From positions 1-64,000 of the forward strand of contig CAZALK010000014.1 of NCBI GenBank assembly GCA_964486045.1: a stretch of 64,000 nucleotides of DNA, in the 5' to 3' direction. Position 1 is the first letter of the stretch; every line of letters begins with the position of its first letter. The position numbers and the translations under genes are program-made. Under the pieces are notes generated by a model, which saw only the letters and a program-made list of their open reading frames with translations, did not search any database and had not been told where the DNA came from. This document shows, piece after piece, positions 20,959 to 30,687 of this stretch. The DNA comes from an uncultured archaeon (lineage in GTDB: Archaea > Asgardarchaeota > Lokiarchaeia > Sigyniarchaeales > SOKP01).

Positions 20959-22180
20959 TAATCCTCACATATTCATAACTTAAATCACAGCCCCAAGCAA
21001 TTGCTTCTCCTTCTCCTTCTTTAAGTAATACTTCGACCGTGATATTTGTTTTTTTTAGAATTTTTTTAGCTAATTTTTCATCAAACTTTACTGGAGTACC
21101 ATCTAGCATCAGGTTAATCGAACTTGATCCATTTTTAAAGTTAATAGAAACTCCTGATGGATCAAAATTTCCTCCAGAATATCCCATTGCTGCGAGAATT
21201 CTTCCCCAATTAGCATCCTCTCCAAAGAATGCAGTTTTCACCAAACTTGATGTTATCACAGATTTACCTAAAATTTTTGCATCTTTTTTTGACATAGCCC
21301 CTTTAACATGCACCGTAATAAACTTTTTAGCTCCTTCTCCGTCCTTCACAATTTCCTGGGCTAAAAAAGTATTTACATAATGAAGTGCATTCTTAAAAAT
21401 TTTGTAATTTTCATTTTCTTCTGTAATTTCTGAATTTCCACTCAATCCATTAGCCAATAGAATAACCATATCATTTGTACTAGTATCACCATCAACAGAG
21501 ATCATGTTATACGAATCTTCGCTACTTTCCTTCAATGCTTTTTCTAATAACTCTTTTGATACATTTAAGTCTGTTGTAATGAATGAGAGCATAGTTGCCA
21601 TGTTTGGATGAATCATTCCAGAACCTTTAGCCATTCCACCAATTCTTACTTCCTTATTATCTATGGTAAATTCAACAGATACTTGCTTTGAATGGGTATC
21701 TGTAGTCATAATTGCTTCCGCAGCTAAATTTGCATCATTCTCCGTATTCCCCAATTTTTTAAAAGTATTTTTAATGCCATTAATTATCTTATCAATTGGA
21801 AGTGGAACTCCAATAACTCCTGTAGATGCTACAAAAACTTGTTCTTTTTTTAAACCCAAACAAGAAGCTACCTCATTTGCCATTAATTCTGTATGATGTA
21901 AACCTATCTCCCCTGTACAAGCATTAGCATTTCCACTATTTACAACTATAGCTTGGGTTAGGTTATTATTATTAATTAATTTTTGATTCCAAAGTACTGG
22001 TGCAGCTTTAACAATATTTGTCGTGAAAACACCAACTGCTTTAGCTGGGACATCACTAGAGATTATAGCTAAATCTTTCTTCCTCTTCTTTATCCCAATA
22101 TGGTTACCAGTAGCATGAAATCCCTTTGGACTTGTAATTCCTCCCTTGATTTTCCTTACTTTCGAATCTTTTGCATACAT
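20939..22180 (-). CDS. argJ: Ornithine acetyltransferase / N-acetylglutamate synthase
   Basis: NSGNANACTG, KGSGMIHPNMATML, DGDTSTND, DGEGA. Confidence 0.97.
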   Translation of the reverse strand: MYAKDSKVRKIKGGITSPKGFHATGNHIGIKKRKKDLAIISSDVPAKAVGVFTTNIVKAAPVLWNQKLINNNNLTQAIVVNSGNANACTGEIGLHHTELMANEVASCLGLKKEQVFVASTGVIGVPLPIDKIINGIKNTFKKLGNTENDANLAAEAIMTTDTHSKQVSVEFTIDNKEVRIGGMAKGSGMIHPNMATMLSFITTDLNVSKELLEKALKESSEDSYNMISVDGDTSTNDMVILLANGLSGNSEITEENENYKIFKNALHYVNTFLAQEIVKDGEGAKKFITVHVKGAMSKKDAKILGKSVITSSLVKTAFFGEDANWGRILAAMGYSGGNFDPSGVSINFKNGSSSINLMLDGTPVKFDEKLAKKILKKTNITVEVLLKEGEGEAIAWGCDLSYEYVRINGDYRT

Positions 22181-22223
22181 TTATTAAAACCCTTAAAAAG
22201 TTGTATTTTAATCTTATCTTGAC

Positions 22224-22285
22224 AAAAAAAATAATAAAAATAAAATTTATGAAGAAGTGAAGAAAAAAATTGAACTTCAATTCTT
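22224..22285 (-). terminator. Oligo-U tracts and a weak hairpin between the leader ORF and argJ (candidate attenuator/terminator)
   Basis: Minus strand AAGAATTGAAGTTCAATTTTTTT; U7 (22269-22263) and U8 (22231-22224). Confidence 0.4.
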
Positions 22286-22300
22286 ATTTTTATTAAAGAA

Positions 22301-22372
22301 TTAAAAACCGCGGCGTGACGGTCTTAGTTTATGCGGTGCATTTTGAAACTGTATTCCTACAATTTCATTCAT
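22301..22372 (-). CDS. Putative arg operon leader peptide (MNEIVGIQFQNAPHKLRPSRRGF)
   Basis: 23-aa ATG..TAA ORF 120 nt upstream of argJ, ending AGA-CCG-TCA-CGC-CGC-GGT-TTT; a GC-rich patch in an AT-rich spacer. Confidence 0.6.
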   Translation of the reverse strand: MNEIVGIQFQNAPHKLRPSRRGF

Positions 22373-22423
22373 CAAATAAGCATCGAGTGAGATCAAACTT
22401 TAAAACACCAACATAATTTTAAC

Positions 22424-22456
22424 TTATACCTTAATATAGGTATAATTATATATAAA
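22424..22456 (-). promoter_or_regulatory. TATA box plus adjacent palindromic operator-like site for the argJ operon
   Basis: TTTATATA on the minus strand at 22456-22449; TTATACCT-N6-AGGTATAA at 22424-22445. Confidence 0.5.
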
Positions 22457-22627
22457 TTAAACGATTTTTAATCTTTCAAATCATTTCTAAAAAACTCGAG
22501 TATAAAATTATTATTTCATAAACATTTACACATAATTTCATACTTCCATTAAAAAATTTTTAGGGGGCTTTTTTCTAAATATTAAGCTTATCGGAAAACC
22601 TTGAAAAATTTTCAAATACTAGCTTTT

Positions 22628-24112
22628 TTACGACTTTAAGTCTTTAATAATATCGCCTCGCAAAGACTTTGCTTTCTCAATATTTTCTATTCTATCGAGA
22701 TACAATTTAAATAGCGATTCTTTTCTTTTGTTTAGTATATCAATATTTAATAGAACTTCCTTCTTTGATGGAGAACCTTTGCTAATTCTTTTTCCTAAGC
22801 ATAGATCGAGATTTTTTAAGCTCTGAATTAAATTTTCTGATAAATTAACTTTTTTATTTTGAATTTTATAAATGGCTTCCTCAATATTTTCTTTATTTAA
22901 CATATCTTCAGGCTTTTCTGAATTTTTCACCAGTTGTGCTACTATTATGTGTGATTTTCTAAAAGGAATATTATAATCCTGCACTAGTATTTCAGCTAAA
23001 TCCAAAGCTTGAATGAAACTTTCATCGATCGCCTCTCTCATCTTCTCTTTTTTTAAATTTAAGGTTGAAAATATTCCCTTAAACATTTCAACTATCGAGA
23101 TTACTAGATCAAAAGAATTTTTCAATATCATCTTTAAATCCTGAAAATCTCGGAAATACCCTGTAGGGATTGATTTAATAATCATTGAGCTACTAAATAA
23201 ATTTGAAACTACTTTTGAACTTTTACTCCTTATTAATTCCACTGTGTCTGGGTTTTTCTTCTGTGGCATGACACTTGAAACTGAACAAAATCTATCATCT
23301 AATTCTATAAAGTCAAATTCTTTGGTGGACCAAATTATTAAGTCTTCTGCAATTCTGGAGAATTGAATAGCTAATAAAGAAAGACCCATTAGAGTCTCAT
23401 AAATATAATCTCTCGAACTAATTGCATCAATTGAATTATAAACCAATCCATCGAACCCTAATAATTCTGAAGTTCTAAGTCTATTAATGTTAATACTTGT
23501 CCCTCCAATAGCACAAGCTCCAAGTGGATTCTTGTTAACCCTGTGATAAGTTTCTTCTATTCTTTCCAGAGTTCTTAAGATTTGTGCAATATAATTATTA
23601 ATGTAATGAGAAAATACTCCTAATTGTCCTCGTTGTAGATGGGTGTATAATGGAATGAAGAAATTAATATTATTATTAGAAAGATTAAGGAAAATCTCAA
23701 ATAATGCAAACAACTCTTTAGAAATTCTGTTTAACTCTTTTCTAATTTTCAATCTTAAATCAAGTGATATTTGATCATTTCTTGATCTACCAGTATGTAT
23801 TTTCCCTCCAATTTCAATCCCAATTTCATCAATAACACTTTTTTCTATATAAGGATGAATATCTTCAAAACTCTCGTCTACTTTTATCTGGTTGTTTAAA
23901 ATCTTTATTTTTATGCTTTCAAGAGTCAATAGTATTTTACGGATTTCACTTTTATTGAGAATTTTTTGTTCGTATAACATTATATCATGGACTTCTGTTC
24001 CAATAATGTCCTCTTCAATAATCCATAGATCTTCTTTTAAAGATGATAAAAATTTAAGTGCCTCATTATTGAGCGGAGAATTTAATCCAGACCTATACAA
24101 ATTTTTTCCCAT
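22628..24112 (-). CDS. argH: Argininosuccinate lyase
   Basis: HTGRSRNDQ, YTHLQ, SSVMPQKKNPD. Confidence 0.96.
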   Translation of the reverse strand: MGKNLYRSGLNSPLNNEALKFLSSLKEDLWIIEEDIIGTEVHDIMLYEQKILNKSEIRKILLTLESIKIKILNNQIKVDESFEDIHPYIEKSVIDEIGIEIGGKIHTGRSRNDQISLDLRLKIRKELNRISKELFALFEIFLNLSNNNINFFIPLYTHLQRGQLGVFSHYINNYIAQILRTLERIEETYHRVNKNPLGACAIGGTSININRLRTSELLGFDGLVYNSIDAISSRDYIYETLMGLSLLAIQFSRIAEDLIIWSTKEFDFIELDDRFCSVSSVMPQKKNPDTVELIRSKSSKVVSNLFSSSMIIKSIPTGYFRDFQDLKMILKNSFDLVISIVEMFKGIFSTLNLKKEKMREAIDESFIQALDLAEILVQDYNIPFRKSHIIVAQLVKNSEKPEDMLNKENIEEAIYKIQNKKVNLSENLIQSLKNLDLCLGKRISKGSPSKKEVLLNIDILNKRKESLFKLYLDRIENIEKAKSLRGDIIKDLKS

Positions 24113-24360
24113 TTTAATTCTCTAACATTTTGTAATAAATTGTTTTAATATTAGTTTTTCTTTGCTATAATTTTTAACATTTTAATGGAAATTCTTCAGA
24201 GTTAAAATAAATTTTTGTAAAACTATAGTTATGAATTTGAAAGATCAAAGAAATAATTTCATTTTGTACGATTAATGTCTTTTTCTATCATTTTGTTAAA
24301 AGACCTTTTTCAAACTATTTATAATGTATAAGATTCTCTTACATAATTTTATAAATTTAG

Positions 24361-25419
24361 TTGGTAAAAAAGATGAAAATTGTCGATTTACGATCTGATA
24401 CAATTACAAAACCTTCTCCTGAAATGTGGGAAACGTTACAGTCATTAGATAATACGAAAATAGGAGATGATGTTATGGGTGAAGATCCTACTGTAAATGA
24501 ATTAGAAGAAAAAGCGGCTAAAATTGTTGGAAAAAAGGCAGCGTTATTTGTCACCTCCGGATCTCAAGGCAATCTTGTTTCATTACTTTCTCAAACCAAA
24601 CCAGGTGATGAAATTATGGTAGAAGAATTAAGTCACATCTATGGGCATGAAGTAGGAAGTGCTGCTCGAATTGCAGGATTAATGATAAGAACTTATCCTT
24701 CAAACAATGGAATTCCTGACTTATCTGTGCTTCAAAGTATGATACGAGATAAAGAAGATATTCATGAACCTCCGACGACTCTGCTTAGTATAGAAAACAC
24801 CCATAATTTTCATGGGGGATCAATAATCAATCCTTCGGAATTAGAGAATATTAATTCATTCGCAAAGAAAAATGAGTTGCAATTTCATTTGGACGGAGCG
24901 AGGATATTTAATGCTTCTGTTGCTCTAAATCAACCAGTTACTCAATTTACTAAGCATGTTGATAGCGTAATGTTTTGTTTATCTAAAGGTTTATCTTGTC
25001 CAGTCGGATCTATCGTTGCGGGGTCCAAAGAATTCATAACTAAAGCTCGTAAGTTTCGTAAAATGCTTGGAGGTGGAATGCGTCAAGCAGGAATAATCGC
25101 CTCATTTGGATTAGTAGCACTTGAGCCAAAATGGATTAAAAGATTAGAAGAAGATCACAAAAATGCTAGTATGCTTGCGAATGGCATAGAAAATCTGGAT
25201 TTATCTATAAAAGTTCAAAAATCCAATACAAATATTGTAATAATCGAGTTTTTAACTACCAATAACATTTCTGAAATTATAAGAGAATTAGGTCGGAAAG
25301 GTATTTTAGCGTTTAATATTAGTAAAAAGAAAATACGTTTTGTAACCCATTATGGGATTCAAGAGGATGATATTCAATACGCCATAGAAATAATAAGTAC
25401 TATCATTCCAAAATATTAA
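24361..25419 (+). CDS. ltaE: Low-specificity L-threonine aldolase
   Basis: DLRSDT, GDDV.GEDPTV, HLDGAR, CLSKGL, GGGMRQAG. Confidence 0.93.
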   Translation: MVKKMKIVDLRSDTITKPSPEMWETLQSLDNTKIGDDVMGEDPTVNELEEKAAKIVGKKAALFVTSGSQGNLVSLLSQTKPGDEIMVEELSHIYGHEVGSAARIAGLMIRTYPSNNGIPDLSVLQSMIRDKEDIHEPPTTLLSIENTHNFHGGSIINPSELENINSFAKKNELQFHLDGARIFNASVALNQPVTQFTKHVDSVMFCLSKGLSCPVGSIVAGSKEFITKARKFRKMLGGGMRQAGIIASFGLVALEPKWIKRLEEDHKNASMLANGIENLDLSIKVQKSNTNIVIIEFLTTNNISEIIRELGRKGILAFNISKKKIRFVTHYGIQEDDIQYAIEIISTIIPKY

Positions 25420-25468
25420 TTTATGAAATTAGATATTTAAGTAACAATTCAGCTAAAAGGTCTTAAAT

Positions 25469-26041
25469 TTGAGTTTTTATATTACAGCAACATTACCTAA
25501 AGGAACCCAGAAAGAGAAGATAAGAGAAATTCTTGAGCTTTACAAAATGGAATTTTCCGAAATACATAATCTTACAGTTCAAGCACAATTAAGACCTAAT
25601 GAATTATACTTTCGAGCAACTAAAGATTATTGCGATTGTGATACTGTACTAGGATCTCTAAATAGTCTCCAGGATTTTCAGACGATATCTAAATCAAAAA
25701 AAATCAAAGCTTTGAAAAAGAAAAACTGGTCAGAGGAAGAAATCACCAATTGGATAAACGATAAGTTACAAAGCAAAAAAAACAAATCTGGTAAAAAATT
25801 AGTTCCAGCAGAGAGAATTAAACTATTAAATAGATGGGTTAATTTTTTACATGATTTACTGGATAATAAGAAAGTCTCCCGAATTGGGATTTTAAAGCAT
25901 TGGTATACAAATGGATTAGAAGATGAGGAAATCACCATAATGAAAACTGAAAAGTTTACTATTAATCAAGTTACACCGGACTTAATCCTAAACTTATATG
26001 AGGATACATTATATGAGTTCTTTCCAGTTTATAATTTCTAA
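25469..26041 (+). CDS. Hypothetical protein
   Basis: 190-aa ORF with a YCDCDT motif; co-oriented with ltaE. Confidence 0.7.
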   Translation: MSFYITATLPKGTQKEKIREILELYKMEFSEIHNLTVQAQLRPNELYFRATKDYCDCDTVLGSLNSLQDFQTISKSKKIKALKKKNWSEEEITNWINDKLQSKKNKSGKKLVPAERIKLLNRWVNFLHDLLDNKKVSRIGILKHWYTNGLEDEEITIMKTEKFTINQVTPDLILNLYEDTLYEFFPVYNF

Positions 26042-26088
26042 GTGTTAAGCAAATATTTCAATAAAAGGTAAAAAAATATTAGAAATTT

Positions 26089-26619
26089 TTAATCTTCACG
26101 TAGGTCTAAATCTTCAGAATCATCCTCTATTACATCATAGTATTCAATATCTGTCAACCCACCAGAAGGTTCTTCATTCCAATGCACTTTAACAGGCATG
26201 CCGATGTAAATATCTTTTACGTCAACCTCAGGATTTAATTCTGCCATACTGGTTGTATCAGCCCCATCATGATGAACTAAAACTGATGGACTTTCTTGAA
26301 TTTCTCCGGTCTCTGGGTCTTTTAAATAACCAATAACGAAAGTAGACACTCTTCCCGTGTCTCGTACATCTACCCATCTATCTGGCTTTATTAAACACTT
26401 TCCACAAACAAATCGAGGAGGAAAATATACTGTATTACAACCTGAACATTCTAAACCAATTAATTTTTTCTCCTTCAATTTTGACAAGAATGGTTGCATA
26501 TGAGTTATATTGTACTTATACTTATATTTGGTTAAATACCAGCTACCTGACATCTTTCTTGTTTCTTTATAATTTTCTTTAACATAATCTAAAGATTTTC
26601 TTTGAGTTAGTTTTGACAT
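26089..26619 (-). CDS. DUF35/ChsH2-like Zn-ribbon + OB-fold protein
   Basis: CSGC..VYFPPRFVCGKC, IGMPV; next to a thiolase. Confidence 0.88.
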   Translation of the reverse strand: MSKLTQRKSLDYVKENYKETRKMSGSWYLTKYKYKYNITHMQPFLSKLKEKKLIGLECSGCNTVYFPPRFVCGKCLIKPDRWVDVRDTGRVSTFVIGYLKDPETGEIQESPSVLVHHDGADTTSMAELNPEVDVKDIYIGMPVKVHWNEEPSGGLTDIEYYDVIEDDSEDLDLRED

Positions 26620-26624
26620 TCAAA

Positions 26625-27872
26625 TCACCTCCATTTTCGTTGCGGTTCATCCGATAATACCATCATTGTGCAAAAGTTAAGTGCACCTCCCCATCCATGA
26701 CCAATTGCAGTATGTACTGTTTTTGGAACTTGATTGGCAGCCTTCCCCATTATTTGGAGCGCTGCCACAGCAGGTCTTTCTAAAGCAGAAGCACCGATAG
26801 CATTAGTAGAGTTAACTCCTCCAGAACAACAAACTGGTAATTCACCATTTAAAGCGGTCAAGCCAGTTTCATACATTTGTGGGGCTGTTGTTTCTTCGAA
26901 TAAACCTAATTTTTCAACCCACATTAATTCTTGATTAGGGAATGGAGAATATACCTCGGCATAGTCAATTTCCTTTCGTGGAAATGAAATACCTGCTTGA
27001 CCGTAAGCCATTTCTGATGATTTCATAGCACCTAACTGTTCTGAGGGATCTACTTGTGCTGATCCACTAGCATTGTATCCGAGAATAGCCGTTTCATGTG
27101 CAACGCTAGCAACTCCATTGACATAGGCAGGAATATCACACATATCCTTAGCTTTCTCTTCCGTTGTAAATAATACAGCACACGCTCCATCTGAAGCAGG
27201 ACATACCATACCATATCTTAAAGGATAAGAAATATATGGTGTATCAAGTACTTGTTCAATAGTGAGGTTTGGCATTTTGAGATGAGCCCACCAAGTTTTT
27301 GCGGCATTATGTCTGTTTTGTACAACTACTCTCGCTAGATCCTCCTCACTAATTTTTGATTTACGCATATAATTAGTAGCTTGAAAAGCTGCTGCTCCAA
27401 TTGCAGCACCTCCCGACATGAGACGTCCTACTTGGCCAAAGGGGACTCCCAATTGACTTAATACTGTTATCTCTCCATAAGCTACATTTCCCAGACCAAC
27501 GCTAGTATCTCCCTGTGATTGTTGCTCAAAAGCTACTGCTAAGACAGTATCAATACCTGGTAGGTCTGCTGTTACAGAGTAATATCCTGCGATACCTACG
27601 GAACCTCCTGTCGTTCCACCTGTTGTAACTCTCATTAATGGTTTATTTCGAGCACCAATCCAATCAGTCATCCATAATTCTGGCAAATTAGCACCTTCAA
27701 ATCCAGGCATATTACCAGTTGCATATGCATCGATATCACTAATACTGATGCTAGGAACTTTTTTTAAACAATCCTTAACTGCCTCACTCACTAATTCAAC
27801 AATATTAACGTCAGAACGTTTGGAAGCATGCTCACTAAATCCTGCTGAAACAATTGCTACTTGCCTTCCCAT
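26625..27872 (-). CDS. Thiolase-superfamily (SCP-x/Ltp3-like) protein lacking the nucleophile Cys
   Basis: RVTTGGTTGGS in place of the C-A-S-G loop; CPASDGACA; HGWGG. Confidence 0.85.
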   Translation of the reverse strand: MGRQVAIVSAGFSEHASKRSDVNIVELVSEAVKDCLKKVPSISISDIDAYATGNMPGFEGANLPELWMTDWIGARNKPLMRVTTGGTTGGSVGIAGYYSVTADLPGIDTVLAVAFEQQSQGDTSVGLGNVAYGEITVLSQLGVPFGQVGRLMSGGAAIGAAAFQATNYMRKSKISEEDLARVVVQNRHNAAKTWWAHLKMPNLTIEQVLDTPYISYPLRYGMVCPASDGACAVLFTTEEKAKDMCDIPAYVNGVASVAHETAILGYNASGSAQVDPSEQLGAMKSSEMAYGQAGISFPRKEIDYAEVYSPFPNQELMWVEKLGLFEETTAPQMYETGLTALNGELPVCCSGGVNSTNAIGASALERPAVAALQIMGKAANQVPKTVHTAIGHGWGGALNFCTMMVLSDEPQRKWR

Positions 27873-27874
27873 TC

Positions 27875-29017
27875 TTAATTACCTCCCTCCAATACGAATA
27901 CAATATTATTTTGGGCACACATTCCAATTTGACCTGAGGCAATGGCTTTATTAGCACTATTAACCTGGTATCCGTTAGCTTCACCTTTTAATTGTTTAGC
28001 TGCTTCAATAATCCTTATTAATCCTGTACCACATGGGGGATTACCGCCAATTGCTCCTCCTGATGGATTTATTGGAAGATCTCCTCCAATTTCAGAATTC
28101 AAAATTGTACCTTGACCTTTTCCAGCTAATCCAAGTGCTTCGGAAAAAATAATTTCCTCGTGAGCATATGCTTCAAATAATTCTGCTACGTCAATTTCTT
28201 TTCTTGGATCTATAATCCCCGCTGCATCAAATGCCATTTTACCCGCTAATTCCATTGATTTACTTTCTGCCAAGTTCCGATCTCCTAAATAATAGGTTTC
28301 TTGACAATATCCAACTCCAGTTATCCAAACTGGATTATCTGTAATCTTTAGAGCTTGTTTTTCAGGTGCTAGCAGAAGGGCGGCAACACCATCACACGGT
28401 TGGGCAACCATTAATTCCCTAACTGGATCAGCATAAACATCGGATTCCATTACATCTTTAACAGAAATATTAATATCCTGAGCTTCTTGTAATGCCAATG
28501 GATTTTTTGAAGCGTTTTTCTTGTTTTTAACAGCTGTTTTTGCAATTTCCTCGGAATTAACACCAAATTTTTCCATATATGCTCTCATCTGAAAGCCTGC
28601 TGCTGTAATATCATTTACATAGGAAACTGGTCTTTCCCATGTAGGATCTACCTCATATAATCGAGTAGCATGATAAGGAAAACAAGATGCCATACTACCA
28701 CCCCAAATAAGGGCAAGTTTATGATTACCAGAGAGAATCCGCATTAACCCATATAATACAGCGTGGGCTCCATCCATCTCAACTTTACTCTCATCTGTCA
28801 AATAACCACCTCCAACCTCAACTGTAAAGGCGTTTGAAATTGTGCGTCCGTCATAGTAGTCATTTGTACATGAGATAGCAGTAGTTATATCTTTTTTCTT
28901 CAGACCGGCATCATCAAGAGCACCTCTCACAGCTTCAAAGATCATTTCGTACCTACCATAATTAGCATCTGAATATAACTTGACTTGATTATACCCTACT
29001 ATACCTACTTTTTCCAT
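27875..29017 (-). CDS. Thiolase-superfamily (Ltp4-like) protein
   Basis: DYYDGRTIS, ESKVEMDGAHA, INPSGG, G.IRIIEAAKQL. Confidence 0.85.
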   Translation of the reverse strand: MEKVGIVGYNQVKLYSDANYGRYEMIFEAVRGALDDAGLKKKDITTAISCTNDYYDGRTISNAFTVEVGGGYLTDESKVEMDGAHAVLYGLMRILSGNHKLALIWGGSMASCFPYHATRLYEVDPTWERPVSYVNDITAAGFQMRAYMEKFGVNSEEIAKTAVKNKKNASKNPLALQEAQDINISVKDVMESDVYADPVRELMVAQPCDGVAALLLAPEKQALKITDNPVWITGVGYCQETYYLGDRNLAESKSMELAGKMAFDAAGIIDPRKEIDVAELFEAYAHEEIIFSEALGLAGKGQGTILNSEIGGDLPINPSGGAIGGNPPCGTGLIRIIEAAKQLKGEANGYQVNSANKAIASGQIGMCAQNNIVFVLEGGN

Positions 29018-29032
29018 CTAATTTATCACCTC

Positions 29033-29494
29033 TTATAACTTACTAAACCCTTTGATATCAGAAGGGTGTCCTTTTGGTTTTTCTTCCCAAACAACATTTA
29101 ATTTCATCCCGATCTTTATTGCACCTGGTTCCATATTCAAAAGAGGGTAAATTATTGCTGTATCACCCCCATCAATTCGTACAATTCCAACTATTTGAGA
29201 GTTTTTTCCTTTTCTAGCGGCTCTATCACTTACTTTATATTTAGTTATCGTATAATTAAGTAACGTCCCTGTATCTGGTAAGTCAACCCAATTTTCCTCG
29301 AGTGCAATTTCCTCATTACAACTTCCGCATATTTTTCTTGGTGGAACAAATACTTTCCCACATTTGGGACATTTATTTCCTATAATCTTCTTACTTTCTA
29401 AAGCATCATAAAACTTATCCATGTAACGACCGACCCAAAATGCGAATTCAGCCCTAACAAAACCGTTAGTAGTAACTACCACTTTTTCACTCAT
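29033..29494 (-). CDS. DUF35/ChsH2-like Zn-ribbon + OB-fold protein
   Basis: CPKCGKVFVPPRKICGSC, IGMK. Confidence 0.9.
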   Translation of the reverse strand: MSEKVVVTTNGFVRAEFAFWVGRYMDKFYDALESKKIIGNKCPKCGKVFVPPRKICGSCNEEIALEENWVDLPDTGTLLNYTITKYKVSDRAARKGKNSQIVGIVRIDGGDTAIIYPLLNMEPGAIKIGMKLNVVWEEKPKGHPSDIKGFSKL

Positions 29495-29674
29495 AATTTT
29501 TAATTTTCTTTTTAATTGAAATTTTCGATATGATAATAATAAGATGTACCTAAATAAAACATTGATTTCATTTGAAAAATACTAACCAGAAATTTTAAAA
29601 TTTAAATATTAAAATATACAATACTAAACCTAGTGATTAATAAATCTAAAATGTTGAAATAAAAGTGTTTTAAA

Positions 29675-30589
29675 ATGGTAGAAATATTTGAAAATAATCC
29701 TGAAAATAAGTTAGTAATTTCAGCAGCGTTAGCAGGTGCAGCTACGAGAAAAGACCAAAATCCTGCTGTACCGTATACACCAGAGGAGTTTGGAGATGAG
29801 GCAAAGAAATGTTATGAAGAAGGTGCTGCCATAGTTCATATTCATGCTAGAGATGCGTCAAAAGGGGGTATTCCCACTCCAGATTTAGATATTATTAAAG
29901 CTACTGTTGAAAATATAAAGCAAAAAGCACCAGATATAATAATAAATTTAAGCACCGCAATTAGTCCAATTGCAACAGATAGAGAAAGGATAAAGCCTGT
30001 CAGAACATATAAACCACCGCTCGCATCTTTAAATACTAACTCTATGAATTTCTCGATTGGTGATTTTAGAACTGGAAAAATAGTAATGGCCGCAGGTCAA
30101 ATCTTTGCTAATACATTTTCAACCATCCAAACTTTTGCCAAGCACATGAAGAAATCAGGAACCAAACCGGAAATGGAAATTTACGATCTAGGTGGTATGT
30201 ATAACATGCTCTTCCTTAATAGGCAAAAAGGTCTTTTTGAACAACCGTTGCATTTCCAATTTGTATTTGGAGTTTTGGGTGGATCTCCATTCAGCCCAGG
30301 TTATTTAGAAACCTTGCTTAATCTAAAACCTCCTGAGGCTACGTGGAGTGTGTGTGGTGTTGCAAAAGATCAATTTAGAGGAGGTATGTCCGCTGCTGGA
30401 TGGGGAGGACATATTCGAGTAGGTCTTGAAGATAATATTAAAATGCCAAATGGGGCATTAGCTAAAGGTAGTTGGGAGCAAGTCGAATGGGCTAAAAAAG
30501 TTACTGAACTTTCTGGGAGAGAAATAGCGCAAGGAGAGAACGCAAGACAAATTTTCAATTGTTTGAGAGAAGATATAGAATTAGTGTAA
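29675..30589 (+). CDS. Beta-keto acid cleavage enzyme (3-keto-5-aminohexanoate cleavage family, DUF849)
   Basis: NPAVPYTPEE, HIHAR, KPE.E.YD, GGHIRVGLEDN. Confidence 0.93.
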   Translation: MVEIFENNPENKLVISAALAGAATRKDQNPAVPYTPEEFGDEAKKCYEEGAAIVHIHARDASKGGIPTPDLDIIKATVENIKQKAPDIIINLSTAISPIATDRERIKPVRTYKPPLASLNTNSMNFSIGDFRTGKIVMAAGQIFANTFSTIQTFAKHMKKSGTKPEMEIYDLGGMYNMLFLNRQKGLFEQPLHFQFVFGVLGGSPFSPGYLETLLNLKPPEATWSVCGVAKDQFRGGMSAAGWGGHIRVGLEDNIKMPNGALAKGSWEQVEWAKKVTELSGREIAQGENARQIFNCLREDIELV

Positions 30590-30687
30590 AATTATATAAT
30601 TCATTTTTTTTCCAAAATTTAATATATATCATATTTATTCCAAAAAAATTCTAAATTAAAGTATAAAAAAAGTAAACAATATAGGAT

